A DNA stretch of 64,000 nt from Mytilus trossulus (GCF_036588685.1 NC_086379.1:10292001-10356000); one strand, 5' to 3'; shown: positions 1 to 12,602, counted from the first letter of the stretch. Notes: generated by a model from the sequence alone, not told the origin. Translations and numbers: made by a program.

Positions 1-356
1 AATTTAGTTATACGTGTTGTAGGTGGATTGTTGTCTGAAAGTGATATCATACCCTTTATCCCTTTGATTTGATTCCCCCTGATATTCTAACCCTAATAGC
101 AATAGTGTGCATTCTTTCTTTACGAAATTATATACACTTGAAACACAACATATTTTTTTTTTCCATTTTGGAAATCATCGTGTCCTTACTTCAGATAAAA
201 ATAGAAAGATGTGTGCTTATGTGACCAGTCCCTACCAGGACATAAAAGGTTAACAACTATATGTCACCGTACATGCCTTCAAAATTCAACCGCAAAGGAA
301 GCAATGAGGGCCTCGAAATGAAAAAAAAATAAATAATTCAAACAATATACTTAATA

Positions 357-945
357 AAAGTAAAATCATTCAAAAAATGCTGAACTCCGAGGAACGGAAA
401 GTCCCTAATTAAATGTCAAAATCAAAAGCTCAAACACATCAGACGGATGGATAACAATTATCATATTCCTGACTTGGTACATGTATTTTCTTATGCAGAA
501 AGTGGTAGATTAAACCTGGTTGTATAGCTAGCTTAACCTCCCATTTGTATTCAAGTCGCATAAAATGTCATCATATTGACAACGATGTGTGAACAAAACA
601 AACATGTAAAAAATTTTAAAAATATAGGTACAGCAGTCAACATTGTGTTAAAATCTCAATCATTATAAAAACAAACAAATATGTAACAAAGAAGCACAAT
701 AAGTCAAATAGACAAAGCACATTAGCCAAAATGCAAGACAAGACTATTTATATCTATCATAGCAAAAAAAAACAATAAGGGGATGTGTAAGTACATATCA
801 TCGTCATATGTAACAAAGAAGCATAAAAGGCATATAAATAAAGCACAACTATAGCAGCAATGAAAGACAAGAATACACAAATTTTGCCATTAAATAATAA
901 CACAATGAAAAGATCTATAAGTGCAGTGTTAACAACCGTCACAAA
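357..945 (-). mobile_element. Dispersed repeat family A, copy 1 (contains a degenerate twister-P5 motif at ~460-550)
   Basis: Clear similarity to 17884-18300, 31561-31708, 38780-39026, 42521-42688 and 48630-48915. Strand is that of the ribozyme-sense reading; boundaries approximate. Confidence 0.8.
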
Positions 946-1589
946 TATGCATGCACATTTAAAAACAATCGTTCACCATCAGCTGAGAAATTGAAAGAAT
1001 TGACAGCATTGCATCATTCAAGGTTTAGACTCTGTTTTAAACTATAGGAGTATCATATCTCAAAAATCCAATGCTTCTAGATTTGATGACTTTGAAAAAG
1101 TTTCCGGTTTGAAAAGTTGGTGATTTTTAATCTATTTGAATTATCAAATACCGAAAAATCAGTTTTTTGCTTATCTGATTTGGATGTCCTATTAGACTGT
1201 ATCTGCTGAATAATGTTTTTGATTCAGAAGTTTTTAATTTATTAGGCTACGGAATATTATTTATACACGAGCAGTTATCTAGAACAACGCTACAAACTCT
1301 ATTATGTTGTTCTGCGCTTTCATAGTTGGTTGTAATACATCTTTCATTGGCTATGGGGGTTTGATTGCATATATGTAACTGTCACACGATTCATAAGCTA
1401 CAACATGAAATAACGGACCAGTTCTTTCCGTCTATAGAATCTTCATAATTCCTTTTTTTAATATTTAGATTTGCTAGGATATATTAAGTGTTTAATCTTG
1501 GAGTGAATCTACGTTTCTTTTGTTGTTTAGTATATCAATATCAAGTCAGTTCTATCTCCCATATGATATAAAATTGGTATCATGCGAGT

Positions 1590-2160
1590 TTGTAGAACAA
1601 ACATTTTACATAGCGTCCGGCCTTGTTAGCGCTATCACGTGTACAATTCTTGTGAGGTTTTTGTAAAATATATATCATAGATTTATTTTAGCAATAATTT
1701 GAATGAGTTTCAAATAATTTTTTTTTAAAAGAGTTATTTCCCATCGAATATCGTTACCGCTCTCATGTGTACAATGACAGATATATATGAAACTTATATC
1801 GCAGGTTTGTATTAGCAAGGTCTCGAACGAGTGTTTTTTAAGAGTTTTTCCCTTGTAAATATTGATTATATAAAAACATTGGATGTTTATCTCTCATGTG
1901 TACAATTCTTGCCAAATATTCATGAAAGTTATATCATAGATTTATATCAGCAATGTGTATGACATTTTCAAAATTAATTACCAATCAAATAATTGATTTA
2001 CGAGTTATGCCCTTGGAAATATTAATTATCTCAAAAATTTAATTGCACATGTTCTCAACACTTCATTTCTCTAAGATAATCATATAGTTATGAGGACAAA
2101 CAAGTTTGTTTAGTCATTTCCCCTGGACAGATAAAATATCCCTAACGCGGGGCATATTCG
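1590..2160. repeat. Degenerate modular repeat with ~130-bp internal subrepeats (bivalve pearl/HINE-like)
   Basis: Three diverged units containing (c)tctcatgtgtacaat...gagttat..ccc, ending in gcggggcatattc. Family assignment is inference. Confidence 0.35.
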
Positions 2161-2868
2161 AACTTTGTTCTTTATAAAAAAAAAATAATATACGGTATAT
2201 TTTTTTTATCCTCTCAATTTTTAATTTTTTTTGTATTCATTGTCGGTCGCAGATATTAATTTAACTGTCATGTTAAGCACAATTTGTTTTCTTTCTTGTG
2301 TTACCTGTGAGTGTATTTCTTATGTATTTGTGTAATTATCTTCCAAACGTATGCATACATATTCCCTTGTTAGTAATACCGCGAGTATTACTGGAGTTCA
2401 CGGTTTGTATGTACTCCCGAAAGGACAATACTAATATCCTGTTTTCGGCAGGCAACCATTAAGACTAAATAAAAAAAACTAGATATGAAATCCCAAATAA
2501 CACGTGATGATTCATGACGGTTAACTTTCAGGGTTAACATATCAACAACGGTACAGGCTGTCGTGTAGTCCAAGAATATCGAACAATGAAAAATGTTCGT
2601 TGTCATGACAGACAAATATAAAAATCAAGAACTTGCGTTATTGTACCGTATATGATTAAAATATTAAATTTTGCATGTAACACGTTTTCTATTTGGTGTT
2701 TTTTTTGTCTATAAGCTCATCCACATATTTTTTTTATGTGACTGTGACGTCATCAACGGGTTTTGATATAGTAGTCCTAAAAAATAGAATTTAGAACCAA
2801 ACTATACGGAATGGTTGTATTTATATTACATACCGTCTTTACGAAATACATAAAAAAAATACAGTATA

Positions 2869-3270
2869 AAATTCAGAAAGGAAATGGGGAATGTATCAAA
2901 TCGACAATAACCGGACCATAGATCACACAACAGACGGAGGGCAACCTATGGGTCTTCAATGTAGTTATAAACTCCCAAACCCGTAGGCGTCCTTCAACTG
3001 TCCCATTAACAAATATGTATACTAGTACAGTGATAATGAACGTCATACTTAACTCCGAATTATAGACAACAAACAAAATAAAAAATCATACAAGACTTAC
3101 AAAGGCCAGAGGCTCCTGACTTAGGACAGGGACAATATTGCGGAGGGGTTAAACATGTTTATGAGATCTCAACCCTCCCCTATACCTCTAGCCAAAGTAG
3201 AAAAGTAATTACAAAACAATACGCACATTAAACTTCAGTTCGAGAGAAGTCCGAGGATGTAACAAAAGAA
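2869..3270 (-). mobile_element. Dispersed repeat family B, copy 1 (degenerate twister at 3104-3193)
   Basis: Homologous to 8874-9200, 43736-44070 and 60643-61456. Confidence 0.85.
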
Positions 3271-4435
3271 AGGTGCACATTTCAAAAACCACTCGCGTAG
3301 CACGTTTTTCAGTTTGCACCAAATTCTTCAAAGACAGAAAGAATATGTTACAGTCATTCCTTAATTAGTTATGACGTTTACACGCATATAGCAAACAATT
3401 TCAATTGACCTAATTTTGATGCAATATAGTATTGAATACACGCATACGTACACAATTACATGCTCTTGTATTGCAAATATAAAAGAACAATTAGTAAACA
3501 GCAATTTAATTTCCGTCTTACACCGACGAACAAAAGCAGATCATCCCACATATTATCCAATTAAGATACATAACTAAATGTTCATAGTATTTTCGCCTTG
3601 TTAATAGACATCAGGTTAAACCTTTCTATCCTCATGGCGTCTTCAATGAATCCCCTTATAATTATTTTTTTAAAGTATGCTTAGTTTATGTTGTGCGTCT
3701 TTTTGATGCTTTATCCTCCGAAACAATTAACAGATATTTGTACCTAACAGAAGACTAACGTTCATCTAAATGGACACATTAAATTAATTGATCAGCTGCC
3801 GTTATAGTATACTGCATTGTAACATTTATAATTTAATAGATTTAGAATGGTGAAGAAATAACATATTTCAATCAATAATTGTCGTAAATTAACAAAGAAT
3901 GATTAAATTTGACTTAATGTGATGTGATTCTGGAAAAGTGTGCTTTTTTAAATCTCTCGTTTTGTATGTTTGGCAAAAGCATATAAAACATTGAACATAT
4001 ATCGAAAAAAAAAACCATTACATTTTTTTCAATAAAATTATTAGACGGTGCAATAAAAACAAAACCCCAATTACAAAGCAGACAAACTAAAGGTATAAAC
4101 GATTATCTTATGCCAGTTTTTGATTTATTTAAATACATGAAGCTTGTTTCGTAGTAATATTGATACTGAGGTACTGAAGAAAAATTGCAATGATTGATGT
4201 AAACAAAACAGTGAATTATTACGTGTGTAAACTTGATTATATAACAATTTCTTTTTGAGCGGTGACTCGAATGAACAAAAATAAAGTGATAACAATTTAA
4301 CCTATAAATATATTTCTGGTTAAAATATGATAATCAAGTCTTTACCTCATTTTAAGATGTTTTCGGTATAAAAGCAGTGACTTGAACGATAACTAACAAA
4401 AGAAACTAATTTGCAAGACGTAAAAACTCTTGTGA

Positions 4436-5265
4436 ATAGATATAGGAAGATGTGGTGTGAGTGCCAATGAGACAACTCTCCATCCAAATAACAATTTAAA
4501 AATTAAACCATTATAGGTTAAAGTACGGCCTTCAACACGGAGCCTTGGCTCACACCGAACAACAAGCTATAAAGGGCCCCAAAATTACTAGTGTAAAACC
4601 ATTCAAACGGGAAAACCAACGGTCTAATCTATATAAACAAAACGAGAAACGAGACACACGTATATATTACATAAACAAACGACAACTACTGTACATCAGA
4701 TTCCTGACTTAGGACAGGTGCAAACATTTGCAGCGGGATTAAACGTTTTAATGGGCCCAAACCTTCTCCCTTTTTCTGAAACAATAGCATAACATCACAA
4801 CATATAAAAACATACGATAAAATATCAATTAGCAGACTTAACTCAATCAAAAAACGTATGATTACACAAAGAACGAATAAATTTTATCTGCGATATCTGA
4901 ATACAAATGCACAGTTAATTAAATATTAGAGACAAACAGTCATGACCAAAAGGCTATCAAATAAATTCAAACACACTGAGAAATATTTAACCAATCAATG
5001 TTCACTTTAGAAAAAACCCGTTTTTTTATAATCTTGAAGTTTATACAAATGTTGTAAGAATAAGTGAAAAATTGAAGATATTACAAATAATCAAAGCTGG
5101 TATACAGCCAAGATCCATACAAATAAAAAATGACAAAAAAGCATTATAAACAGTATCAACAGGTCGAATTAACAAGAAAATACGATTTGAGAGTACTCGC
5201 AGTTACTGACAGCTAGTTAAAAGCCAAAACCAATTAATAGTAAAAAATCATGCATCAGAGACTAA
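4436..5265 (-). mobile_element. Dispersed repeat family C, long copy
   Basis: 4436-4800 is almost identical to the reverse complement of 39104-39464; also matches 62279-62463. Right boundary approximate. Confidence 0.85.
4696..4779 (-). ncRNA. Twister ribozyme, type-P5 permutation (family C, intact core)
   Basis: Minus strand reads TCAGA AAAA GGGA GA AGG TTTGGGCCCATTAAAACGTT T^AA TCCC GC T GCAAATGTTTGC A CCTG T CCT AA GT CAGG AA TCTGA. Pairings: P5 TCAGA/TCTGA, P2 TCCC/GGGA, T1 CCT/AGG, T2 GC/GT, P3, P4 CCTG/CAGG. Predicted cut between 4741 and 4740. Confidence 0.85.
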
Positions 5266-5913
5266 TGAAGTCTGTATTATTAATAATTTTCTACACGGTT
5301 TGTTATAATCCTGGTACTTTTGATAACTACTTGCATATTATGATGCAGATGTTTTTTTCTCGATATTTTTATAGTATGAAATTTCAGATATTATTTAACA
5401 CGTGTAAGAAGTGATCAAACTAGATGTAAAGTATTCATCGTTTTATTGATTGTCTTTTTAGTATAGATATATGTATACCACAGACACAGGTGGTCAAAAA
5501 CTTTTAGAGTTGTGTTCGACAAACAACGATCTTAGACAGAACATCACTTATCAGGATGTTTCACAATGATTGCGTATTATCGTCGTTACGAGATCAACAA
5601 ATGCATCGAAGTTTAAATCGGAAATAAGTCGGAAACTTTGAAATGAGAAAAAAATACGACGTCGGATCATAACTTTCTTGGAAGTGAAATAAGTTTTTTT
5701 TCTTAAACCGATAAGTTTTAAATACATTAAAATTGGTTGTTTAGACCTAGTAATTACACTGCAAAACAGGAATTGAACTGCATAACTGTTATATTGAGTT
5801 TTAAAGAAATCAAAATTGATTGCATGAACCAAGGCAAAACAGGAAATGTACCGCATTACTGGTATATTGATAATTATGATGTGATTTGCCAATTGTGAAG
5901 TTGGGAGACAAAA

Positions 5914-6618
5914 ATGAACAACAGTTTCACAAATGAAACTTACATTTCTGAACAAAAGATTTCTCATTTTTTACAAACTATATTCATATTCCTGTATTCT
6001 ATAATCGTAGTAATAGCTATAGGGGGGAATAGTATTGTTTGTTATCTAGTGTATGCGTACAAACGGATGAGAACTATTCCAAATTATTTTCTTGTTAATT
6101 TAGCCATAAGTGATATAATCATGGCGATTTTCTGTATTCCGTTCACATTTGTGGCCAATCTTTTATTAAACTATTGGCCATTCGGTGAAACCATGTGCCC
6201 TTTAGTGAGTTATTTACAAGTGGTAGCAGTGTTTCTGAGCGCATATACATTGGTTGCAATGAGTTTTGACCGCTATATCGTCATTGTTCACCCATTCAGA
6301 CCACGAATTACTACAAGAAAAACCCTTTGTGTTATTATTATCATCTGGATATTATCTTTATCTATACCCATTCCAACATTAATCAAATCAAAAGTGCAAT
6401 ATTATTCAAACACAAGTGGCCAATGTTTAGAAACATGGGATAACAATCACACTTTAATGTATGCATACAGTACAGGAATAATGGTATTACATTTTTTCGG
6501 ACCATTAGTTGTGTTGATATTCTGCTATAGTAGAATAGGATATAACATTTGGAACAAAACTCTTCATGGAAATGATGAAAATAAAAGACGATTACAGTTA
6601 GCGTCAGCAAAACAAAAG
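5914..6618 (+). CDS. Coding exon (235 codons, N-terminus to TM5/ICL3) of a class A neuropeptide GPCR, RYamide/luqin receptor-like
   Basis: N-glycosylation sequons NNS/NET, TM1 AIGGNSIVCY, TM2 NLAISD, YWPFG..MC, DRY, TM4 W, TM5 FFGPL..LIFCY and basic ICL3 end ASAKQK. AAG|GTGCGT donor at 6618/6619 in phase 0; the ORF track's last 8 residues are intronic read-through. Confidence 0.92.
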
Positions 6619-8873
6619 GTGCGTATATGTATTTTATCATATTAATTGACTATTTAAGGTCATGGGCATAGGTATCAATATTTCTTTTCTTTATATGAAA
6701 AAAATCATGCAAATGTTTTGTCCGTAAACATTATGATGTGATATCATATGTTTTCCGAAAGGTGTCTGTTCGTGATAAGAATTAATTAGTAGTGCCATTA
6801 GGCATCTTCAAGTGAGAGATGACCAAAGTCGTCCTGACACATAACAGAGATAATTGGACGAAAACAGACTTTTGATATTGATTAAACTAATAGTTATATA
6901 AGAATCAATGATTTGAAATATCATACGTTTTTAGAGTTGTCTAAGACCATTCCCGACATAAATTCAGACAGAAATTTTTTATAGAAAGCTAACCTTTAAT
7001 TTGGAAATAATTAATTTAACGATAATGTTGTCGTTTTTAGGACGATTGGATTTTGAACATGAATTCTTAAAAAGGGATTTTATTAACATTCATATTCAAA
7101 TCAAGGTCACTTTTCGAGAATATTGTAAACAACTCTTGGCCTTTAAACTATAATTGAAAATCGAAAAATAATGCATTTATCTCGTTTATCATTTGAAATA
7201 TAAATGATTAAATTCTTTCAAAATAGGTGCATTACTAATTCGAATTTCAATTATCAACCGGTGCCAAAGTTGTATGCACTATTTAAGTAAAATCTGGGAC
7301 ATAGCCCATTTGATGTAAATTTAACGTAGGTAAATCTCAGTCTTCGTACATGGAAAAACCTTCAGCAACAAGAATAAAAGTAGATGCTGAATATATTTCA
7401 ACGTAAAAGTAACCCTACAACAACAAAAAAAGAAGAGAGCAACATACATTTTGCGACTCAACAACAAAAAACTCATTCCGTGCAGCGGTTATTTTTTTCA
7501 GTTAATTTCGGGATTGATCGTTATTGATTTCGAATTCACATTATCAAAACTCTAATCAAACTTCAGGAAAACTTCAGGAAAAGCGCTAAATGTCAACGAA
7601 AATATGTTTTCCGTAACAATAATTTCAGATTCAACCTTTTCAGATATTTATTCATGTATGAACTAAAACTCTAGTCTTACAACTGCTTAACAAGGAAGTA
7701 AAAAGACAAACGAAATTCAGAAAAAGGTTTATAATGTGTAACATTATTTGAATATTGATTAATGTGATACGTTTTCTGGCCCATTTTTTATTCTGTGGAA
7801 TGAAATTAAAGGGTTTTTACATTCGAACAAGTGTCGTTCTTTTTCGTAAACGAAGGAAAATTATAACTAATTTTTGTACATATCCCAACAGCATAAGGAT
7901 GAAAGTATCATTTTAGTTGGTGCACGTAATCTGCTTTGATTTTTATAACAAAAACACGAATATCTGAATGCATTATAAAACTTAAAGTTAAAACTATGTT
8001 AATTGTTATGCAATAGGATATATAAGCACCACCATTACCCAAATAGTTATTTCTGTATATAAACACCGCCAAATTTAAAACAAATATGTGATATTCAACG
8101 GTTATCCTCAGTTACAGCCCAAAAAGGAAATGTTATTAATTTTGTCACCTCCAAGATATCAGCGCTATGCTTAACTTGTCTGATAACTATACGGTTCAGT
8201 ATAGTCCTTTTTTTGTTACTCACTACATCAGATATTTCAAAAAGCTGGTCTGTTTTTGGAACTAAGGTGTCAAATAATGTTTTCTTCGATCTGTATGAAT
8301 TTCAGTACAAAATGAAACTCATCTTCAATGATTCCTCGAACTACATATATATTACATGTATGCGACTATCTCCTCTTTTTTTTTATTGGAAAACTTTTTA
8401 ACACCCAGATTCAATAGAAAGTTTAAACTAACTATAGTGTCATTAATCGAATAAAAGTCAGAATGTTTTTATACATTAAAACATAGAAGGTTTTTGAAGT
8501 AGCCATTTTCATTCTCAATTTTATCATCTTTCAGGAAATCGTTGAATGTGAAAATTAAGGATGTATGACTATTCTGTTACAGTTAAATTTACAAAGTTGT
8601 TAAACATGGTCTGAAGGAATAACTTTATTATCACGATACAATCAAATGGAACTGACAAAGTAATTTGGCTAAAAACCATTCTATAGAAAAAGGACGAAAT
8701 AGTATTTAACCATTGAACAGTTTCAACATACTTTTATATATAATGCATGATGAAAAACAGAATTGTATTTCGCTGTCTAGACAAAAGTTTCGACCAGTAG
8801 ATTAAACCTCGCAACTTAACATACATAGCTAATAGATACTACATGTACACATTTATTCATGTATGGTATTGAT

Positions 8874-9200
8874 TACATTGGTTAGAGGTATAGTGGGAGG
8901 GTTGAGATCTCACAAACATGTTTAACCCCGCCGCATTTTTGCGCCTGTCCCAAGTCAGGAGCCTCTGGCCTTTGTTAGTCTTGTATTATTTTAATTTTAG
9001 TTTCTTGTGTACAATTTGAAAATTAGTATTGCGTTCATTATCACTGAACTAGTATATATTTGTTTAGGGGCCAGCTGAAGGACGCCTCCGGGTGCGGAAA
9101 TTTCTCGCTTCATTGAAGACCTGTTGGTGACCTTCTGCTGTTGTTTTTTTATTTGGTCGGGTTGTTGTCTCTTTGACACATTCCCCATTTCCATTCTCAA
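8874..9200 (+). mobile_element. Dispersed repeat family B, copy 2
   Basis: Near-identical to the reverse complement of 43736-44070. Confidence 0.9.
8880..8970 (+). ncRNA. Twister ribozyme, type-P5 permutation (family B, near intact)
   Basis: P5 GGTTAGAGGT(8880-89)/GCCTCTGGCC(8961-70); P2 CCCC(8926-29)/GTGG(8893-96), one mismatch; catalytic GA 8897-98; T1 GGG(8899-8901)/CCC(8949-51); T2 GC/GT; P3 CGCA-TTTT-TGCG; P4 CCTG/CAGG; predicted cut T8923^A8924. Confidence 0.85.
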
Positions 9201-9716
9201 TATTATTACCTGATGTTGCCCTATTTATGAACAAGACTAGTATAACCATTTTTTCTAACTTTGAAATGAACCATTTCTTATTACAGAACCGAGTTATGCA
9301 ATTTTCATATTTTGACAACTTCAAAAATATATTTAAGGATAAACGTCGTTTTGTCAATTGAGTATATGACCAGTATGGATGTAATCACCATACTCATACA
9401 CAAAAAGAGTCTTGAATTTCCGATTTTATATAATTAAAACCTTTTGATTTTCAGTATCCCTTTTATGTCATTTTAATCCACATTAATTTGCTGAAAAGTG
9501 AAAATCTGTAATCTTTAACACGCAATCTTCAGTGTCACGAATTATTTATACCTTCGGAAGCTGACTACGCAAACTCACGATATCATACATTCTCTAATAT
9601 AAAAATTTACAAGGTGAAATTGAAGATAACAATGCATTGATTGATTACTGAAAATCAATCATTGAAATTAAAAGTATATTGAACAAATAATTGTACTGCT
9701 TAGTTGTAAGTCTTAA

Positions 9717-11879
9717 TGCCCGCGTCACACTGTCCCGATTTTTACGCCGATGGCAACAAGATTATGGAAATTATGGAATTTTTTTAAATCGGGACTGATT
9801 GTATCCAGATCGGGCTATTCGTAGTGCCATCTTTAACCATCGTAGAACCATCGGTTTTCTTACCTTCGGGGACAATTTCGGGCAGGGTTCTAAATTTTTT
9901 ATAACGGATCAACGAACCCATTACCTTTAACATGTTAAAAAATCACCGAAGGTGTGTCCGATGTTGAGGGTTCGTATTGAGTTCGTATCACCATCCTCAC
10001 CATCGTGATGTCACCGGGAATGCATCTTTGAACATCGTATTGCATTCGTGTTTCCATCGTTGCCATCGGGCAGTTTTGACATTTCGATGTCTACACAAAT
10101 GAATCACGAAGCTACCCGAAGGTCTTACGATGGCAACACGACTTCATGAAGACCTCGTAATCCCGACGTGTTGCCATCGAATAAAAGTACGAAGACGACA
10201 AGATGGAAATACGACGGCAATAAATCCAGCTAAATGTAAGTTATATTTCGCGCTAAAATACATTTAAAGTATTTAAAGTGCCATGCGCGATATGCACTGG
10301 TCAGTCCAATACGACAGTTGAGAAAAACGTTCACAAAACATGGAGCACATATCATATGTTCTATGAGAACAACAAAGGCGACAGCATTGTTTCTATTAAT
10401 TAAAATTGAACAAGAAGAGCAGCTATTACGGGCTCAGGATTTACTTTTACAAGTCAAATATTATTTTTTTGTCAATTTTTCATATCAAGTAACATTATGA
10501 AAATCATAAACGCGCCTCGTACACCAACACTGCAGGTACACGTATATAGGGAGACCAACTTTTTCTTCATTATTCTGATTGTTTATGTATCGTCTGAGTT
10601 GTTGTTACACGAATGGTTACTCTATAACCATTTTGTTTTCTATATGTCATATTTTGCCGCATTTGTTGCTTTCCCAACATCCTTCCTTTTTTCTATATAA
10701 TTATGATATTCTCCTGGAAAGAGCTCTTTTTGAATAAAACGGATCAACGAACCCATTACCTTACCTTTAAGATAGATCAGTAAACATGGGCATAATCATG
10801 GGTGATTACTCAGACTAGTGCACACATTTTACAGTTCAAACAAGTTCAAAAAATCGTATGTAACATATTGGGGACAAATATGGACACTATATTTGTATAT
10901 GACAAATGCAGAAAATGGTAAATTGAATATGCATATTTGATACATGAACTATTTTTTTTAGAAATCCACCAAAACATTCAGTAACTGGAAATACCTTAAA
11001 TATTGTCTTTAGAACCAGCAGGGAAAAAAAGAGCAACCAATTTCCTGTGTATTATGCTATTTCAAGGAAAAAAACAAGTCCATCTGCATGACCTTGACCT
11101 TTGGCCTTGAATGTAAAAAATGGCAGATCATTACAAGGAAGAAAAATATACCAAATGTGGTTAACATCTCTTTAAGCATATTAGTTTTAGAGTGTCCACA
11201 AGGGTGATATTGCCTTGTAATACAACTGCCACTGTGACCTTGACCTTTGAACTTTAAAGTTAATAGCGCTTAAGATATTCTTAACGAATAATACACACCA
11301 AGTTTTAAGCATTTTGGTTCTAGAGTGTCCATTTCAATTTTATCTACACGCAACTTTCATATAGTAGGCGAGGGGATAATAAACTAAGTTTTATAAGAAT
11401 TAGACAAAAGATCGATTTCCCGCCATGCAAGGCAGACTTGTACAGATCCTATATGTTATAGAAATTCTGTTCGTATCATAAAAAAGTTCAAAACAGGTAA
11501 AACGCATTTTTAGATCGTTTGTATACTTGTATTATGTACATACATGTATTTAACCATTATTTATCATCGTATGGCCATCGCGCCATCATCGTAATCCATC
11601 GTGTAGGCTTCGTTTTTCCATCGTGTAGCCTTCGTAATCCATCGTGTAGGCTTCGGCTGAGATAGAAGCTTAAATACCCGTCTTCGGTTAACCTTCGTAT
11701 GTCCATCTTTTGCTATCGTATATAATTTCGGCACCATCGTATAGACTTCGTTTTTCATCGTACTTGCTTCGGTCACTTTTTGGTATATGAACGAGGTCGG
11801 GACCAACTTCGTACGAACTTACAATTTTCGCATTCGGGTGTCCATCGTATATAGAAATCGGGACAGTGTGACGCGGTCA
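9717..11879. mobile_element. Non-autonomous PIF/Harbinger-type DNA transposon, copy 1
   Basis: 25-bp TIRs TGCCCGCGTCACACTGTCCCGATTT (1 mismatch), TAA target duplication (9714-16/11880-82), subterminal CCATCGT repeats; second copy at 23377-25556. Confidence 0.9.
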
Positions 11880-12602
11880 TAAAGGTATTCGTATGATAGA
11901 AAATAGAAATGTTTTTCAATAATGTCACAATACTTAGAATCGTACTATGTTCGTGAAAAATTTATGCTTATTGTTAAAGGTCGTTCGTGGACATAAAATA
12001 GTTGATTTCTTTCTACACGTCATTTGGTCTCTGGTGGAAAGTTGTCTAGTTGGAGCCATACCATATCTTTTTTTTATGATGAAAGCTCAGTACGTATATT
12101 GAATTATCCGTTTATAAACGTGCACGCATTTATTGTTTCTCTGTTCATGCATCAACCAAGATGAAAAAAACAATAAATAATTAAATTGAGAAACAAACCC
12201 TTGACGATCAGTATTATCAGAGATGGAACAACTGTGTTTCATTTTTATGTTCTTTTTCGAGAAATACCTGATGCAGCATACATAAAGATGAAAAATCGCG
12301 TTACAGTTAATCTGCTCAGTTATTGCTCCCTACTAAATATGTTCATGATATAGAACTGATCGACATTTTAATGACTTCTCCAGGTCACCTCTTTATCGCT
12401 AACGAATTTTATTTTAGGTGCACTGAGCAGTAGGATAAATCAAGCTGTCTTCTGTATTTCAACCGCGATTTAATTTTACACATACAACAACTAGATTTGG
12501 ACACCGAGAATAAAAGTTAGATTTACTTGAAAAGTATTCGAGTAAACATTACCTGCATTACTACAGTGCTTGATTCTTAAGAAACACAAATATAGTAATT
12601 AA

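Noticed and set aside
5194-5235. Hammerhead or hairpin ribozyme reading of the TGTCAGTAACTGCGAG module
   Set aside because: Lacks a full CUGANGA/GAAA core or the AGAA and loop B consensus; kept only as an unassigned motif
5440-5470. Splice acceptor for a 5' UTR extension of the GPCR exon
   Set aside because: Plausible pyrimidine tract plus AG at 5460-61, but such sites are common in AT-rich DNA; needs transcript data
5551-5967. 138-aa minus-strand ORF, and most other short ORFs in the track
   Set aside because: No recognisable motifs; low-complexity AT-rich or repeat-derived frames (e.g. 8997-9200, 15679-15909, 16167-16391, 40558-40944, 55518-55700, 57409-57741)
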